IMG/VR virus record: IMGVR_UViG_2639762784_000001
Coordinates: 21,285 to 85,284 of that record
Length of the DNA: 64,000 nt
From: a virus
Lineage: Duplodnaviria > Caudoviricetes
Strand: one strand, 5' to 3'
The first letter of the stretch is position 1. Each line of letters begins with the position of its first letter. Both the position numbers and the translations under genes were made by a program. The notes under the pieces were generated by a model. It made no database searches and was not told the origin of the DNA. It saw only the letters and a list, made by a program, of their open reading frames with translations. Shown one piece after another: positions 57,731 through 64,000 of this stretch.

Positions 57731-58189
57731 ATGCCCGAGAAGACCTACACCGACCCGGCCGGCATGCCTGACGACGAACGCATGACGCCCGCAGAACTCC
57801 GCGTCGTACGCGAGTTCCTAGGCCTGACCCCCGAGTGGCTTGCCGCTCACCTGAACGTGTCCGGGCGGACCGTCCGCCACTGGGAGCAGGGCAAGTACGC
57901 CATCCCTGATGGTGTCCGCCTGGAGATCGAAGACCTGGAGCGGCGCACCGGTGAGTTCGTGTCCGGGGTCATCGACAAGCTGATGGACCTGCCCGACCCG
58001 GCGGTGGTCACCTACCGGGACGACGCCGAATACCGGGCTGCACGCCCGGATGCCGAGTTCCCCGCGTCCTGGCACCGTGCGGTCGTCGCCCGTGTCGCGC
58101 AGGAGGTGCCGGCCCTGTCCATCGCCTACCCGGACGAGGCCGCCACCGGTGCGCCGGCCCAGACCGCGCGGCAGGGGGCGCGGAGGTGA
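57731..58189 (+). CDS. Aca2/YdiL-like (DUF1870) HTH regulator
   Basis: MTPAELRVVREFLGLT..VSGRTVRHWEQG..IPDGV..YRDDAEY..ASWHRAVVARV. Confidence 0.8.
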   Translation: MPEKTYTDPAGMPDDERMTPAELRVVREFLGLTPEWLAAHLNVSGRTVRHWEQGKYAIPDGVRLEIEDLERRTGEFVSGVIDKLMDLPDPAVVTYRDDAEYRAARPDAEFPASWHRAVVARVAQEVPALSIAYPDEAATGAPAQTARQGARR

Positions 58190-58983
58190 CCTGCAAGGCG
58201 CCGACGTCGTCGTGCGGCACCCCCTCCGGGTGGCGGGCCGGTGGGCGCTGCGTGCGCTGCCGTCTCGCCCACAACCACGACACGAGCAGCCGCCGCGGCC
58301 TGACCGACCAGGAGCGTGACACCTTCCTGACCATGCTGCGCGCCGGGAAGACCGTGGAGGAAGCGGCAGAGGGCGCCGGCGTCACCACGAATGCGCTGGC
58401 GCAGGCCGCGCGCCGTGACGGGGAACTGCGGGCCGCCCTGGACGGCATGCCGGTCGGCGTACAGGCCGCGGCGCAGCGCGCCGAGCTGCTGGCCGCCCTG
58501 GTCCGCTGCGGCGGGAACCAGGCCCTCGCCCAGGACCAGGCCGGTCTCCCGCACGGCACCGTCAACAACTGGCGGCAGGCTGATCCGGAGTTCGATGCGG
58601 TGGTGCAGTCGATTCTGGTGTGGCTGGACGCCTCGGAAGGGCGGAACCGCAAGCGGGTCGGGAACCGGATGCATCAGCATGCCGCCCGGTTCCGTGAACT
58701 GTGGATGTCCGGGGCGTCCTACCGGGAGATCGGGGACGAGCTGAGCATCACCCCTGCCACCATCAGTTCCTGGCGCAGGAAGATGGACCTGCCGGCCCGC
58801 AGCACGCCGGTGCTGGACGAGCATGCCGACCGCTTCCGGGAGTTGTGGGAGGCCGGAGCTACTTACGAGGCGATTGCCTCGGAGTTGGGGATCAGTGAGG
58901 CCACCGTCTACCTGTGGCGGTCCCGGCTGGGTCTGCCGTCCCGGCACCGGGTGAAGACCGAGGTCGACGTTTTGAACGCCTGA
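58186..58983 (+). CDS. Multi-HTH DNA-binding protein
   Basis: Repeated RFRELW..GASYREI..ELSI..TI..WR units; N-terminal CVRC. Confidence 0.7.
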   Translation: MTCKAPTSSCGTPSGWRAGGRCVRCRLAHNHDTSSRRGLTDQERDTFLTMLRAGKTVEEAAEGAGVTTNALAQAARRDGELRAALDGMPVGVQAAAQRAELLAALVRCGGNQALAQDQAGLPHGTVNNWRQADPEFDAVVQSILVWLDASEGRNRKRVGNRMHQHAARFRELWMSGASYREIGDELSITPATISSWRRKMDLPARSTPVLDEHADRFRELWEAGATYEAIASELGISEATVYLWRSRLGLPSRHRVKTEVDVLNA

Positions 58984-59017
58984 CGGACGTGCGACTGACC
59001 CCGCTCCGCGGGGGATG

Positions 59018-59055
59018 AGGGCGGGCGCCGCAACGGGGGATGCGGCGCCCGCCCT
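59018..59055. terminator. Hairpin between convergent operons
   Basis: AGGGCGGGCGCCGCA / TGCGGCGCCCGCCCT perfect 15-bp inverted repeat. Confidence 0.75.
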
Positions 59056-59092
59056 GGCAGTCTGGCACGCGCCACCGACAGGACGGGGCGGT

Positions 59093-59365
59093 TCAGGATG
59101 GGATGTTCAGCCACTCCGGGGGCTCGGCCAGGCACGGCGCGCTGGCCGCACTGGTCACGGGGACCTGCCCGTCCGGGGCGGCGAGGATGTTGCCGGTGAG
59201 TTCGTCGAGGACGAACTCTGTGTAGAGGATCACGCGCTGCCCGTCCTGTACGGCGATGCGGAGGTCGGAGTCGCGTAGCGGAACTGTGCGCGGGTTGATG
59301 CCGTTCGCGGTGAGCCCCTCGCAGAGGGCGAGCCGTTCTTCCTCGGTGGGGTGCGTAACGCCCAT
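59093..59365 (-). CDS. Hypothetical protein
   Basis: TGATG-coupled start. Confidence 0.6.
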   Translation of the reverse strand: MGVTHPTEEERLALCEGLTANGINPRTVPLRDSDLRIAVQDGQRVILYTEFVLDELTGNILAAPDGQVPVTSAASAPCLAEPPEWLNIPS

Positions 59366-59658
59366 CAGGCACCGTCCTCGCCATGAAGGGTGTGTCCCAC
59401 CTGTCGGATCACGTCGGCGAGGTCTGCGTGGGAGTAAGGGTCGTCGTCGTCCATGAAGCCGATGTCGCAGAGGGCGCGGCGGATGTCGTCCAGTTGGTGT
59501 TCCTTGGCGCGGCGGGCCTGGTGGGCGAGGCGGAGGCGGCTCTCTGCGGTCTCGGTGCGTTGCCGCTGCTCCTCGTACGCCTCGGGTGTGGGTGCGACGT
59601 CGCCGCGGCCGCAGGACGGGCAGTAGCCGGTGGGCGGGGCGGGGGAGGTCTGGGCCAT
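59365..59658 (-). CDS. Hypothetical protein
   Basis: TGATG-coupled; CPSC; ends EDGA. Confidence 0.6.
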   Translation of the reverse strand: MAQTSPAPPTGYCPSCGRGDVAPTPEAYEEQRQRTETAESRLRLAHQARRAKEHQLDDIRRALCDIGFMDDDDPYSHADLADVIRQVGHTLHGEDGA

Positions 59659-59918
59659 CAGGCACCGTCCTGAGTGGGCGGGGCGAGCTTGCCTGCCATG
59701 AAGGCGCGCCCCATCGCGGCTGCGAGCTGGGTGTCGAGGTTCTCCATCTCCTTCTCGGCGGTGGAGCCCTCGCTGATGATCCGGACGGCCATGGCGAGGC
59801 CGGAAAGCATGCCGGACAGGAAGATGCCGGCAGGCGTGCCGTCGGTCTGCTGGGTGAACTCCTTGCCGACTTCGAGGAGGGCCTTGATCTCGCGCTGTTC
59901 GCGGGGGTCCATGGGCAT
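59658..59918 (-). CDS. Hypothetical protein
   Basis: TGATG-coupled; ends PTQDGA. Confidence 0.6.
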   Translation of the reverse strand: MPMDPREQREIKALLEVGKEFTQQTDGTPAGIFLSGMLSGLAMAVRIISEGSTAEKEMENLDTQLAAAMGRAFMAGKLAPPTQDGA

Positions 59919-60226
59919 CAGGCACCGTCCTGGGTGGGCTGGAGGGCTACGTGCGGGTAGGCGCGCACATGCGTGAGGTCCTCGTTGGGGACGGTCTTGC
60001 CGCCGAGGGGTCTGGCTGATGTCTCAGCCCAGCCGGCGTGGACGCTGGGGAAGAGGACGAGCTGGGCGCCGGATTCGATGCATAGGTCGTTGGGGCCGAT
60101 GACGCGGATGCGGCCTTGGCGGAGGCAGACGGGGTCGGTGCCGATGAATGCGACGGTGTCGCCTTCGGTGAGGGGGCGTCCGCTGTAGTCGACGGCCTGG
60201 GGCGGGGGCGTGTCGGTGGTGGGCAT
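59918..60226 (-). CDS. Hypothetical protein
   Basis: GGAG RBS; ends PTQDGA. Confidence 0.6.
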   Translation of the reverse strand: MPTTDTPPPQAVDYSGRPLTEGDTVAFIGTDPVCLRQGRIRVIGPNDLCIESGAQLVLFPSVHAGWAETSARPLGGKTVPNEDLTHVRAYPHVALQPTQDGA

Positions 60227-60338
60227 GTCTCCACGGTGCCGGTTTTCCGGTCCGACGTTGCCCCCTCCGGTGCGGGCATGGAGGTGGCCCGGCAGCGCAC
60301 TGGGGGTTTGCTGCCGGGCCGGTCTGAAGGGGGGTGGG

Positions 60339-60572
60339 TTAGCCCCAGGTGGTGTCGTTGGGGGCGACCGGGGCCGTCTCGCCGTCGCCGTCGTCGGCGG
60401 CGTTCTCGTCGTCGTTGTCGGCGGGTGTGGTGCCCCAGGTGGTGTCGCCGGTGGTGGTGGGGGATCCCCACGTGGTGTCCGGTGGCGTGGAGGTTTGAAT
60501 GGTGAGGGCGGTACCGGTGACGGCGGCGGCGATGCTCAGGCCGACGAGGAGGCGGCGGATGCGTTTGGTCAC
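60339..60572 (-). CDS. Secreted propeptide with three DTTWG repeats (candidate signalling peptide precursor)
   Basis: AGAAAGGGA RBS, GTG; basic n-region and hydrophobic h-region; DTTWG at residues 32, 43 and 73 (C-terminus) of 77. Confidence 0.78.
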   Translation of the reverse strand: MTKRIRRLLVGLSIAAAVTGTALTIQTSTPPDTTWGSPTTTGDTTWGTTPADNDDENAADDGDGETAPVAPNDTTWG

Positions 60573-60830
60573 GGCGGGGTCCCTTTCTGTAATTATGGGG
60601 TGCACGATAACGGGGCGCCGTCCCGGTTTTCTCGTACTTGGCGATCCTGCTGCGAGTCCCCTGGTGTGCGCGCGTGTTCTGGCAGTAGACGCGTGCACGG
60701 TGTGGGGAGGATGCGTTGTACGAGCGCCGGGGGACGCCCCACGAACAATCTGCCCTAGTGTGGCTGCACTCTCAACGGTTCGACTTTGCGTATTGATGCA
60801 GTGCGTGTTTACGCAGGCGGGGGGTTTGTT

Positions 60831-61892
60831 TTGACGGGGGATCAAGTTTTGGCCATGGGTGACGCGGTGTGTGATCGGCCGGTTTTGTCTGCGGACGCTG
60901 TGCGCGCGTATGGCCTGATAGTGCAGGGTGAACCGGTACCCGCCGAATGCGCGGACGCCGTGGAGGAGCTCGCCGCCTGGGGTTTCATCGTCACTGGCGG
61001 TGATCACAGAAACCGACCGGTCGCGCTGAATCCCGCCGACGTCGCCCAGCGCCGCATGGACGCCATGCTCACGGAAGCGGCCGCCCGTGTCGCCCAGCTC
61101 AGCGCCCTGCCGAAGGTGACGGAGCAGCTCGCCGGCCAGTACGCGCGGGCACAGTGGACAGCCGGCGCGGGAGCGCAGTACATCGACGACGCGGTGGAGG
61201 TGAATGCCCGTCTGGATGATGTGGTGGCGGGCGCGGGGTGGGAGATCTTGGCCGCGCAGCCCGGGGGGCCACGGGATCGGGCGCAGCTGGAACGTTCCCT
61301 GGCTCGGGATACGGCCGCGTTGGAGCGGGGGGTGTTGAAACGGACCCTGTACATGGTGACGGCTCGGGACAATGCGGCGACCGCCGAATACGTGCGGGCC
61401 ATGTCCTCGAGGGCGGAGTACCGCACTTTGGCTGCCCCGTTCGAGCGTTGCATCGTCGTGGACCGCAGGGTGGCGTTCATCTCCAACCATTTAGTGGAGG
61501 GCGCGCCCGAGCATTCGGCGTGGCAGGTTACGGACCGGGCGATGGTCGCCTACATCTGTGCCGAGTTCGAGGGGAAGTGGCGGCTCGCGGACCCGTGGCA
61601 CGGTGAAATGCGGGGCCGGCAGGTGGAAGTGGACACGATCAGCGCCCCGGGTGCCCCGCGCACCACCAGACGCCAGCGGGAGATCCTGCGCGACCTGGCT
61701 TCGGGGAAGGCTCAGCAGTCGACTGCGGACCGGTTGGGGATCAGCCTGCGGACCCTGACGGGGGAGATCGCGGAGTTGAAGAGTCTGTTCGACGCGGTGT
61801 CGGTGCCGGAACTCACGTACAAGTGGGCGCTGTCGCCCGACCGTGGGGTGGACGACAGCGCACAGGTGTCGGAGGTTCAGGCGGTCGCCTAG
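60831..61892 (+). CDS. Transcriptional regulator: TrmB-like N-terminus, PLD-like sensor domain, C-terminal LuxR HTH
   Basis: EILAAQPGGPR..ALERGV..RTLY..RCIVVDRRVAFI; TRRQREILRDLASG..TADRLGISLRT; in-frame TTA at 61491; start uncertain (TTG 60831 or ATG 60855). Confidence 0.82.
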   Translation: MTGDQVLAMGDAVCDRPVLSADAVRAYGLIVQGEPVPAECADAVEELAAWGFIVTGGDHRNRPVALNPADVAQRRMDAMLTEAAARVAQLSALPKVTEQLAGQYARAQWTAGAGAQYIDDAVEVNARLDDVVAGAGWEILAAQPGGPRDRAQLERSLARDTAALERGVLKRTLYMVTARDNAATAEYVRAMSSRAEYRTLAAPFERCIVVDRRVAFISNHLVEGAPEHSAWQVTDRAMVAYICAEFEGKWRLADPWHGEMRGRQVEVDTISAPGAPRTTRRQREILRDLASGKAQQSTADRLGISLRTLTGEIAELKSLFDAVSVPELTYKWALSPDRGVDDSAQVSEVQAVA

Positions 61893-62161
61893 AGGCGCGG
61901 GGCGATGGCGATGACGTCGTTCCACTCGTCGAGGGCGGGCTGGTGGAAGTTAAGCGGGATCTCTGTCTGCCCGGGGATGACTTCGGGTGGCGGTTGGTCC
62001 AGGACGCTGGCGAGGCTGAGTTGGCGGACGGGCTTGGTGCGCGGGCGGCGCTGCTTGGGTGGTGTGAGGCCGAGGCGTTGTGCGCAGATGGGCCCGTATC
62101 CGGTGGGGGTGGGGTGTTTCATGGCCCGTTTGCAGCCCTGGCACTCAAGACGGCCGGTCAT
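61889..62161 (-). CDS. Small Zn-binding hypothetical protein
   Basis: CQGCKR..GYGPICAQRLG. Confidence 0.6.
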   Translation of the reverse strand: MTGRLECQGCKRAMKHPTPTGYGPICAQRLGLTPPKQRRPRTKPVRQLSLASVLDQPPPEVIPGQTEIPLNFHQPALDEWNDVIAIAPRL

Positions 62162-62523
62162 GAGGCCGTCTTGGCCGCCAGCTCGAGCAGCACGTCGACG
62201 TGACAGGGAAGTTCCAGCGGGCACCAGCACATGAGGTCCCGGCCGCGCAGTTCGACACGGGCCCGGGGAGTGAAGCCGACGGTCCGTTCGGCGAACTCGC
62301 GGTAGAGACCGACGGCCATTACGTGGGCGGCGTGCTGGCTGCTGGTGCTCACTGTCCAGTCGGGCCGGGACACACCCTCACCGGCCCAGTTGACGGCCCA
62401 GCCGGTGCGGGGCTGAGCAACGACCCACGGGTTACCCCAGCGGGTTCCGCGGCCGACGTACACGGTTCCTTCGGGCTTGCGCCAGCCCTTGGTGCGCTTG
62501 CGCTGGATTCGGGTGGGCTTCAC
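62158..62523 (-). CDS. DUF4326 family protein
   Basis: RIQRKRTKGWRKP..YVGRGTRWGNPW..ELRGRDLMCWCP..CHVDVLLELA. Confidence 0.85.
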   Translation of the reverse strand: MKPTRIQRKRTKGWRKPEGTVYVGRGTRWGNPWVVAQPRTGWAVNWAGEGVSRPDWTVSTSSQHAAHVMAVGLYREFAERTVGFTPRARVELRGRDLMCWCPLELPCHVDVLLELAAKTAS

Positions 62524-62852
62524 TCGTTGGCCTCCTGAGCTTTGCTGACGCGGTGGACCGGCAGGGTGGGGCCGGGGCCGACACTGCGGATCTGCACGGC
62601 GGGGCTGCGCGTCGTACGCGGGTCGTTGCGGTGCTTCCACGCGTCCCAGCCCTGCCGAGGGTGGGCGACCAGCCAGCCCAGGTTCTCGGCGGACAGGATG
62701 ACGAACCTGGTCCACCAGCGGGCACTGTGGCGGCGCATGGCGCGGTCGTATTTCTGCCAGTGCGCCCAGTCGGAGGCGCGGTGGGCGGGCCGGTAGCGGC
62801 CGATGAGGTAGCCGACGGCGAGGGCGGCGAGGAAGGCCAGGGTGATGGTCAT
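62520..62852 (-). CDS. Membrane-anchored hypothetical protein
   Basis: N-terminal TM; overlapping starts and stops. Confidence 0.55.
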   Translation of the reverse strand: MTITLAFLAALAVGYLIGRYRPAHRASDWAHWQKYDRAMRRHSARWWTRFVILSAENLGWLVAHPRQGWDAWKHRNDPRTTRSPAVQIRSVGPGPTLPVHRVSKAQEANE

Positions 62853-63052
62853 GCGCACCGCCCGTATTCGCGGCCCCCGGCGGGCTCCTGGGCGGCCTGG
62901 GAGGAGCGTCGGGCGGCCTGGTGCCGTATGGCGGCCCGTATGCCCGCCACGACCCCCACGAGGGCGAGGGACACGGTGGCGGTGAGGGCCTGAACCCACA
63001 GGACGGCGGTGTCGATGACGGTGACGAACGTGGTTGCGGCCTCGGGGGTCAC
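62849..63052 (-). CDS. Small membrane protein
   Basis: GAGGAG RBS, GTG; one TM segment. Confidence 0.5.
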   Translation of the reverse strand: MTPEAATTFVTVIDTAVLWVQALTATVSLALVGVVAGIRAAIRHQAARRSSQAAQEPAGGREYGRCA

Positions 63053-63216
63053 GACGGCTCCTCGCAGACGTGGTCGTCGGGCTCGAAGGGCTGCCCGTTC
63101 TCGTCGTGCAGGGTGAGGCCGTCGTCCTCGTCGTACCAGCCGTCTCCGGTGGCACCACAGCTGCCGCACTCCCAGGTACCTGACAGGCTGATTCCAGTGA
63201 ATCCGTGGCTGCTCAT
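63049..63216 (-). CDS. Small acidic Zn-ribbon protein (55 aa, below ORF-track cutoff)
   Basis: WECGSCG..HVC; overlaps both neighbours by 4 nt. Confidence 0.55.
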   Translation of the reverse strand: MSSHGFTGISLSGTWECGSCGATGDGWYDEDDGLTLHDENGQPFEPDDHVCEEPS

Positions 63217-63950
63217 CGCTGCGCCCCGTCCTGTCGCGTCTCGATGGTGACTGTGGTGGTGCGCCGGGCAAGCCGGTGCTCCGTGTCCGGCACGCGCTTA
63301 CGGACTCCGGCCAGCAGGCTCTGGGCGGCTTCCAGGATGGTCGTGCGGCTGGTGCTGTCCACCCAGGTGCCGTCGGGCTGCTGGGTCTGGGCGTAGTACT
63401 CGACGGTCGTGCGGCGCTCCGCGAACTCGGCGTTGACGGTCGGGTACAGGTCCGGGAAGGCGAAGCAGGCGTCGATCACCAGGGCCATCGTCTGCGAGTC
63501 CTTGGGGACGCCCTCCGACCGGTCGCGCATGAGGCCCTGGACGTATCCCATGACGGCGGCGGCCTGGCCGGCGGGCGGGGCGTCGGGCTGGTGGGGTACG
63601 GCACCGACGTGGGTGTTGTCCCAGTAGATACGCCCGGCGTTCCCGGCGATGCCCGCGTCGGCGATCAGAGGGCTGGCGTGGTCCGGGCGGGGCCACGCGT
63701 CACTGTCGGTGTGCTCTGCTGGGCGGACGCAGTGCTGGCGGCCGTAGGTGTGTGCGTTTTCGATGTAGGCGGTGCACGGGGCGGGCGCGGCCCGGTCGGC
63801 GGGCGGGGACGACACCGGGACGACGGGCTCCAGCGCGGCGCGAAGCGCGGACACAACGGCCGGGGTCCGGATCACCTCGGGGAGGTGCTGCTCCCAGTAG
63901 TCCGCCATCTGCCGAATACGGGCGAGGGCGGCGGTCGGGTCGGTGGTCAT
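63213..63950 (-). CDS. Hypothetical phage protein
   Basis: AAGGAG RBS, ATG 63950. Confidence 0.6.
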   Translation of the reverse strand: MTTDPTAALARIRQMADYWEQHLPEVIRTPAVVSALRAALEPVVPVSSPPADRAAPAPCTAYIENAHTYGRQHCVRPAEHTDSDAWPRPDHASPLIADAGIAGNAGRIYWDNTHVGAVPHQPDAPPAGQAAAVMGYVQGLMRDRSEGVPKDSQTMALVIDACFAFPDLYPTVNAEFAERRTTVEYYAQTQQPDGTWVDSTSRTTILEAAQSLLAGVRKRVPDTEHRLARRTTTVTIETRQDGAQR

Positions 63951-64000
63951 GGTGCTCCTTCGGTGAAAGGGTTGGTGGGCTGGCCGCCCCCGGTTGCTGC

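Larger units (their letters stand above)
1..64000. mobile_element. Temperate siphovirus / phage-plasmid of a Streptomyces-like host (window lies entirely inside the element)
   Basis: Ordered head-tail-lysis module, plus ParA/ParB/parS, Rep-like gene, SSB and WhiB-like genes; no host housekeeping synteny and no att junction visible. Confidence 0.88.

Noticed and set aside
60339-60572. RiPP precursor with repeated cores
   Set aside because: No modifying enzyme, protease or transporter nearby; the Sec signal and adjacent regulator favour signalling, though not fully excluded
60573-61490. 383-aa minus-strand ORF 60339-61490 as a real protein
   Set aside because: Mostly antisense to the regulator; only the last 77 codons have an RBS and a coherent signal-peptide structure
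1-64000. rRNA, tRNA, LexA (SOS) boxes, terminase, conjugative TraB
   Set aside because: None recognised in this window by eye; terminase probably lies upstream of position 1

Overview
High-GC actinobacterial (Streptomyces-like) temperate siphovirus that appears to be maintained as a plasmid (phage-plasmid). 1-22.5 kb: contiguous virion module (portal C-terminus, scaffold, decoration, major capsid, head-tail, major tail, tail chaperones with a GGGAAAA -1 frameshift, tape measure, baseplate/fibre genes), lysis cassette, and a collagen/SGNH appendage protein. 22.7-31 kb: thyX and dcd, an intact tyrosine recombinase, an EndoVII-like nuclease, a Gbn-like nucleoid protein, a catalytically dead recombinase next to an inverted repeat, and a WYL protein. 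31-44.6 kb: AAA ATPase, C5 DNA methyltransferase, WhiB-like protein, putative Rep with internal DnaA boxes, DciA-like protein, a segment-permuted ParA, ParB and three parS-like palindromes. 44.7-64 kb: terminator/promoter-delimited accessory cassettes of small genes. Top leads: (1) a secreted propeptide with three DTTWG repeats divergent from a TTA-containing TrmB/PLD-like-LuxR regulator, a candidate new peptide communication system; (2) a complete acr-aca2-like operon (palindromic operator, 5'UTR hairpins, acidic ORF, Aca2/DUF1870-like HTH); (3) a three-promoter regulon sharing a 15-bp spacer operator. All product calls come from motif recognition and gene order; no database search was run.
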